From the human T2T-CHM13v2.0 reference genome, Homo sapiens, in assembly GCF_009914755.1 (NCBI RefSeq), contig NC_060933.1: 64,000 nt of DNA. One strand, written 5' to 3'. How positions within the stretch are numbered: the first letter of the stretch is position 1; every line of letters begins with the position of its first letter. A program made the position numbers and the translations under genes. Shown one piece after another: positions 57,030 through 64,000 of the stretch. The notes beneath the pieces were generated by a model, which saw only the letters and a program-made list of their open reading frames with translations, searched no databases and was not told the DNA's origin.

Positions 57030-57720
57030 CAGTAACCTCAATGATAAACCCGATGGTGATGTCTCTATCCACATCTTCCTTGACCTCTCAGCAGAACCTA
57101 AAGTTTTAACCTCTCCTTCTTTCTTGAAACATTATCTTTTCCCATATTCAGTAAAATGACAGTAACCTGGTTTTCTTCTGATTCACCAGCTACTTTCTAA
57201 TTGATTTTGCCAGGTCTTATTCTCTTACTTGACCACTAAATCTGCCCAGTGCATGTCTTTTTCTATTTAGTTATTTCCTCTAGTCTTAGGGCTTAAAATA
57301 ACATCTATATTCTGTCGACTCCCAGATGTTTATATCCGTCCTTGGCCTCTCCACTTGAAAGCCCGACTTGTATTTCCAACTGCATACTTGATATCTAAAT
57401 ATGTACATTTCAAAGGAAACTCAGATTTAATATAGACAAACCTAAACTCTTACAGCCTCTTCATGACTCTGCCACATTTCAATATAGCACCACAGTCTTC
57501 TCATTGCTCAAACCTAAGATACCTGCATCATCTCTCAAATGTGTATGTGTGTATACATATTTACATACATACATGCTCATAGTCACAAATATATATACAT
57601 GTTATATATATACATTTTATATACATATGTATAAACAGAGTAAATATTTTAGTGGCTTTTCATATTTTTCAACTGCATAAAATAGGAACCCAGTAAATGT
57701 TCACTGAATTAATTAATTTA
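57030..57720 (+). mobile_element. L2 fragments with a (TA/CA)-rich insert
   Basis: CTTCCTTGACCTCTCAGCAG...GACTCCCAGATGTTTATATCC...TCCAACTGC. Confidence 0.6.
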
Positions 57721-58982
57721 ATTAATTATTTAAGAAGTATTTAGCATAAGCAACTTTCTTCAGAATAAATTTCAAATCACTGATGCCGTGCCTACCTAGA
57801 TATTTGGCTATATAACCCTTGGTTATCAGTGATTGCAATTCTTTCCTATTCCTTGGTGGCCTCCTCTCCTTTCTTTGTGTGTCTCTGATTGTGATATGCT
57901 ATAACCCACACATAACCCACTGGCCTGGCTCTGTGGTGATGTATTTCTTCATTGTGTAGACAACTTAATGCAAAGTCAATCTGTTTCTATGTACTTTTAA
58001 ATGGTAACACCGCAATGTTCTACGGGTCATAATTTTTTTATCACTACATGTTTAGACACTTTATGCAAAATGCTGGTTTTATTTCTGATTAATCAGTTTA
58101 TCTGAGTGGCCAATCTGGGTTCTCTTTGACACAGTACTATATGTACATAAAGAAAAAATATTTGATGTAGGTGTTAGGGTCTATATTTTTGAAAATACAT
58201 TTTTCTATGTGAAAATTTTGTCTTTTAGGCTTCTGCCTCCTTCCCAAGGGGCACAAGATAAAATAATTTCAACAATACCCACTGAGTCACATTCTAAAGA
58301 CATTAAGAGAAGAGATAATTGGGGAGACTTAGAAGGCCTAACTTGTATGTCATAACGTATAGTGCTGAATAGCTCACATTTGATGGTTACTGACATAGTA
58401 CAAATTTAATTTATTCCTAGAGGAATCAAGATGAAAAGATAGATTACACTGATGTTCTCAAAGATTTATGCTGGGAGTTCAAATGATTTCTGAATTTTTT
58501 TATGTTATAGCTAATGATATTATTATAAATAGGAGTTCAACCCCAATGCTTTTCCTTTGAATAGTCCCCTTCCTTCTTAGATCTAGGAACTAGACTCACA
58601 TTTACCAAGGCTGCTTTTCATTTTCCATGTTATTTTACTACAAAGTAAGATTCATTAGAAATTTTTGCATAAAATTCACATATATCTTGCTGGTGGCTTT
58701 ATTAACTGACAAGTGAAATTAATTTTTATTTTTTAACTTTTAATTAAAAATTTAAGGATTTGGAAAGGTATAAAATTAAGCACTAAGTATAAATATATCA
58801 CATGCCAAAATTGGACAGTAAAGGAAGATTATCCTAACTACATCAAGACTCATAAAGAGCTAATAGATACATTCTCAGAAAATAGAAGATTAAACACATT
58901 ATATAAAGCTATTGATAGAAAGGTAACCACTACTATGTTTTAGGGGAAAAAAGGTAACCACTAGAACAAAAATACAAACTTT

Positions 58983-59540
58983 TGTTCTACTTAGCGATTG
59001 CTGTATAAGTCACCTCCAAACTCGGTGGCTTACAACAGCAACAGTGGCGTTAGTATCTCTCAACAGTTCTGTGGGTCACAAACTGAGAAAGAACTTTTGA
59101 CAGTTCTGGTTCAGAGTCCCTCGTGTGAGTCCATTCATGTGGAGGCTGCAGTGGAAACAATCAGAGACTGGAGTAACTAGGAGCTGCCCAGGCATCTCTC
59201 TCTATGTAGTCTTAGAGTCTCTCTAGGCTAGTTTGGTCTCCTTTACAGAGGGACAGTCTCCAGGCAGTCATACTGCTCATACGGCAGCTGATTTGCCCCA
59301 GAGTGAGCAGTCAAAGAAAGAAAAGTGGAATTGTATGGCATTTTTATGACTTGTTTTGGAAGTCACATAGCATTTCTTCTACTTTAATCTGTTGGTCAAG
59401 GCAGTCACAAATGCCAGTCCAGTTTCAAAGGGAGAGGACACAGGCTCCACCTTTCCAAAAGGGGATTGTTGAAGTCAAATAGTAAGAACAAATGAAATGA
59501 GAGATACTGTCGTGGCCATCTTTGGAAAATACAATCTACT
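58983..59540 (-). mobile_element. Old MLT1 (H/I/J-like) LTR
   Basis: ATTGCTGTATAAG...GGTGGCTTACAACAGC...TTGGAAGTCACATAGCAT...GTCACAAATGCCAGTCCAG...GGCCATCTTTGGAAAATACAATCT. Confidence 0.65.
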
Positions 59541-59639
59541 ATATCTTCCATGGTATCAGAAGAAATACATAACAAAACAATAGAAACTGAATGTAGACAA
59601 TATAGTGAAAAGTAAAATAAAATATATGCCACAAAATAT

Positions 59640-59870
59640 AATAATAGTAACAAACCTATGGGCCAAGCACTTTTTAAAGTCTTTTACCAATACTAACCTA
59701 ATTAATCCTCCCTGTAATTCTGAGAAAGGTACCAGTTTACAGATGTGGAAATTAAGGCAAAAGAAGTGAAGTAAATTGCCAAAGTCTCTGCAACTAATCA
59801 ATTGTGGATCTGAGATTTGAAGAGCAGTCTGACTCCAGAGTACATTATCTCAATCACTTCATCATATTCC
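59640..59870 (-). mobile_element. MIR
   Basis: CTATGGGCCAAGCAC...TTAATCCTC...TTTACAGATGTGGAAATTAAGGC...GCAGTCTGACTCCAGAG. Confidence 0.75.
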
Positions 59871-59889
59871 TTTCACAAGAACAGAGCTA

Positions 59890-62800
59890 AGACCTAAACT
59901 CTCTATCCTAAAAAAAAAAAAAAAAAAATGGCTAAATTCACTAATAACAAGGAAAAGCTTTCAAAATGCATAAAAAAGAAAACTCAAAATTAATACTATC
60001 TTAGAAATGTATGGAAAACAATGTGACATAGAAATCAGGAAAAGAAAGAAAAAAATAAAAACACACCTGCCAATGCAAACAACTACAAAGCACTCTTAGC
60101 TTAATTAATTAAATTAATTAAGCTAAAAATAATTTAACTTAAGTTTATTTCAGGGAAAAAAGCAACAGACAAGAAAAAGACTTTCTTACGATGAAGGTGC
60201 AATGCACAAAGATCTAACAATTACTCATTTCTATGTACCAAATAATATAACATCAACATTTATAAAGCAAAACTACTAAATATATAGAGTAATTACTGAA
60301 ACATATTAGTAGTAGAGGATTTAAGTCACCTCTTTCTAGCCTTAACAGAATAAGTGGACAAAAACAAAACAAAACAAAAAGGATTAGTAATAAAACCTAG
60401 GAAAAACAAACAACAGAAATGTAAACATTTGTTTTTTGAAATTAAGGGGAAAATACTCTATTAAGTAACTTTTAGAACAAAATATAAGTCAAAGCAGAAT
60501 TACAGACTATTTAGACAGTAACAGTGGACACCTACATGTTGGAATGTATAGGAACAAGCTACAATATATTTGACAGGAAAAGGCATAAAATGTGATAGTT
60601 ATTAATTAGACCTACCTGAAATAGTCATGGGGATTAGGTCCTCTCTACCCTCATTTATATTTTGCCATCTCACTATGTTATGGAACTCATTAAAAAAATT
60701 CAAGAAAGTTGCCTTTAAATAACAAGATGGTGAGCGACAAAAAGCGAAATAGAAAAATGTATAATTATATGAAAGATAAGGAATGATAATAAAAAATAGA
60801 AACATGGGATATGGAGAGGCACTTAAAAGATGCTTTTTCACTCTGATAAACAAGAATTTGGTAAAAATAAATATAATTATAATAATAATTAAATAAATAT
60901 TAAAAGATTGATTTTTTTCACAACCCTATATAAACAAATTTGGGAACTTGGATGAAACAGATGATTTTCTAAGAAAATAATATTACCAGAACAGATAAAT
61001 TATAGCCAGAAAAGATCTGAAAAACTTCCATCAACAAACATCTCCCCATTCCAATAAATAAGTAAATCTCCTATTTATTCATACATAGTTTATAGCAAAG
61101 ATGCTTTTATGAAAAGAATTATACCATTTTCAGTAACAGAAAACTCTGTTTAAATGTCTTCACAGCATGGAAAAAAAGATGTACACATACACAAAACTAT
61201 AAACCATGCTCATTTATTGTATCAATGTAAAGGTTCTATATAAGTTATCAGCAAATCAAATTAGTCAGCACTATAAAATAACAATAATCCATGAAAAACT
61301 GGTGTATTCCATGAATACAAGAATGCTTTAACATAAATAAATATATTTATATAATCAACTATATTAATAAATCAATATAAAAACCGTTTGATTATTTCTA
61401 CTGATGCAGATAAGTGTGTGATAAATATACAAATATGCTAACATCCTTTTTGACAAAATCTCTTAAAATCAAAATATATGGATACTTCTCAAGATACTGA
61501 AATATACACATACATGGATTTACATTGTTAAAACACACATTAAATTGAAGATTAAAGAAAGAATGTCTTTTATCATCAAACTATTTAATATTGACCTAGT
61601 GGTACTGGACAAGAGAAGAAAAATTAAAATTTTAAAAATCTGAAAATAAATAATGTAATTATCAGAATTTCCAGACCTATGTTTATATTCTTGGAAGAGC
61701 CCAGAAAATCAATTAAAACTGTAGAAAGTAATAAGAGACTCATGAAAGGTAGTTGCTCAAAATTAGCATATTGGAATTAATAGACATTATATGTACAAGC
61801 AGTACCCATTAACAAGGTAAATTAGAGGAAAATACCCCATTTACAATGGAAACAAAAAGGTATAATATCTCAGAAAAAGCTTGACAAAAATATGAATAAT
61901 TGAAATGGATAGAAGTCTTAATTTTTACTAAGAAACAGAAAGAGGTCCTTACAAATGCAAAATTGTGCCATTTTTTAGATAGGAAGATTCAAGATTATCA
62001 GGGTATCAGTTCTCTTAAATCAATTTAGAAAACTTATGGTATCATAATAAAAATACCCAAAGATTATTTTTAAAATTTAGTCAATTTATATCTAAAGGTT
62101 ACCTGGAACTGGACAATGTTATGTTAAACAAAATAAGTCAGGTATAGAAATACAAATATCACATGTTCTCACTCATATGTAGGAGCCAAAAAAATATTCA
62201 AATGGAGATAAAGGGTAGAATGATGGCTTCCAGAGGCCAGGATGGGAAGTGGGGATTGGAGGATAAAGTGGAGATGATTAATGGGTACAAAACTACAGTC
62301 AGAAGGAATAAGATCTACTGTCTGGTAGCACAATAGGGTGGCTATAGTTAACAATAATTTACTGTATATTTCAAAGTAACTAAAAGAGTGGAATTGGAAT
62401 GCTCCTAACACAAGGAAATGATAAATCCTTGAGGAGATAGATAATTTCTTCCAATTACCCTGATTTGATCATTACGCCTTGCATACTTATATCAAAGCAT
62501 CACATGTAGCCCATGAATACATACAACTAGTATGTATCCATTATAATTAAAACTTTGTTTTTAATTTAAAAGATTAAAATGATAAAAATAAAGTTTACAT
62601 GAAAAATATATGCAAGGATTCCTGGAAAATTCTAAGGAAAACAAATAGAATATTATGGGAAGCTAGTCTACACAACATTAAAATATGTTATAAGGCTAAA
62701 ATATCTTAAACAGTGTAGTAAAGATTTAAAAAAAACAGATTAAAACAACCAGAAATAAAAATTTAGTTTATAGTAAAGTGAATATAATAAAGATGGCATT

Positions 62801-63860
62801 TCAATTCACTAGGGAAGGCATAAATTGCTTAATAAAATGTTAATAGTCATTAGTAATTGGGAAAAATAATAAAGTTGTATTTCTTCGTTGTATTTTTATT
62901 AATATATGTTCCAGATGGGTCAAAGATTTTAACACAAATAAAAGCAGTAAAAAGTGGAAGAAAACCTGAATGAATTTTCTTTAGGAACTGCAGAGTTGTA
63001 AAGGTTTTTCTAAGTATAATACTTTGAAACTATTAAAAGGAAAGAGTAAATGAAATTTAGAAAAATTCAAGAAAATTTGCATAGCATAAAAATGATCAAA
63101 TCAAAAGATAAATGGCAAACTGGAGAAACATGCTTGTGATTCATACCACAAAGGTTAATTATCTTAAAGAACTCTGACAAGTCAACAAGAAATAGAAAAT
63201 TTGCATTAAAAAAAAAGACTATGAATCATCCTTACTCATTATAAGAGAAATGTAAGTTACAACTACTGTAAAGTGCCATTTTTTTGACACACAGGAAAAA
63301 TGAGTAAAATTTAATAATGTACCATAGTAATAAATGTGTGTGTAAACACATTACATAAATGGGAGGGAAAATTGGTTAAAACTCTATTGGTGGCAATTGA
63401 GCACAGCAATCAAAATTACATTCACTTTTTTTTTTTACTCAGTTTACTCGTGGGAATTTATCCTACAGATATATATTTGAGGAACAACATTGAGAAATTT
63501 CAGGAAAAAAAAACTAAATGTCCATCAATAAGTTGACTCTAAGTTACAATGTTTTATTAAAAAATGATGTGCCATTTCTCTGTGGACAAATATGAAAAAA
63601 AAAAACAAACTCTAAAAGCCTGTTACAGAATGCTGTGTATACAGTTTTACCACTAGTATTCTGTATAAATGTGCATGGACCTACATATACCACATGCTTG
63701 GATATGCACAGATACTCTCTGGATAAATATACTGTATAGGAAACTGTAGCAAGAGTTTGTGTCAAGGGAGAATGGCAACAGAAGCCAATTTACTTTTCAA
63801 CAATCATACTTTTGCTTTTCAATTTCTTTCCTTTGCATATGAATACTGATGCAAAAATGA
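59890..63860 (+). mobile_element. Old L1M ORF2/3'UTR relic
   Basis: Degenerate endonuclease and RT-region motifs (TATGTACCAAATAATATAACATCAAC...ATAAAGCAAAA, TTTGGGAACTTGGATGAA, GATAGGAAGATTCAA) and 3' region. Confidence 0.7.
62109..62588 (+). mobile_element. L1MA 3' end nested in the older L1M
   Basis: CACATGTTCTCACTCATATGTAGGAGC...GGAATAAGATCT...TAACAATAATTTACTGTATATTTCAAA...TTACCCTGATTTGATCATTAC; possible degenerate TSD TAAAGGTTACCTGGAA / TAAAGTTTACATGAAA. Confidence 0.8.
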
Positions 63861-64000
63861 CAAAATATTTTCATTTAGAACTTATTTTGCTATTCCTTTT
63901 CATTTTAAATATGCCAAGTGAGTTTTAAAAATGGAAGTGTCTTGAGGAACTTCCAGCTGCTGAGAGGTCACAACCATCACTTAACAAAAATCATCATTTT

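Overview
AT-rich, repeat-dense primate DNA, most likely human because it carries a near-pristine AluYa5-type insertion. I recognise no spliced host-gene exons. The standout is a 4.29-kb L1-mediated retrocopy on the minus strand (9172-13461), with a perfect 17-bp target-site duplication (TSD) and a poly(A) tail, inserted into an old L1M. Its transcript was chimeric: SPTLC1 exons 1-3 are spliced to the canonical cryptic acceptor of an antisense AluSc and read on as one long terminal exon. That exon carries, in antisense, an SVA2 VNTR element nested inside the Alu and an intact 407-codon NPAP1/POM121-related (UPF0607-type) ORF with its own upstream DNA. The SPTLC1 part is disabled (frameshift plus stop) while the antisense passenger ORF is open. 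Other notable items: a 3.2-kb (GGAA/GGGA)n tract with only two pyrimidines, a twin-primed 5'-inverted L1PA, a THE1 lacking one LTR, a young AluYa5-like insertion, AT-rich palindromes, and many MIR/L2/MaLR/MER/L1M relics. Family and subfamily assignments come from recalled consensus sequences, not database searches; edges of old repeats are approximate.
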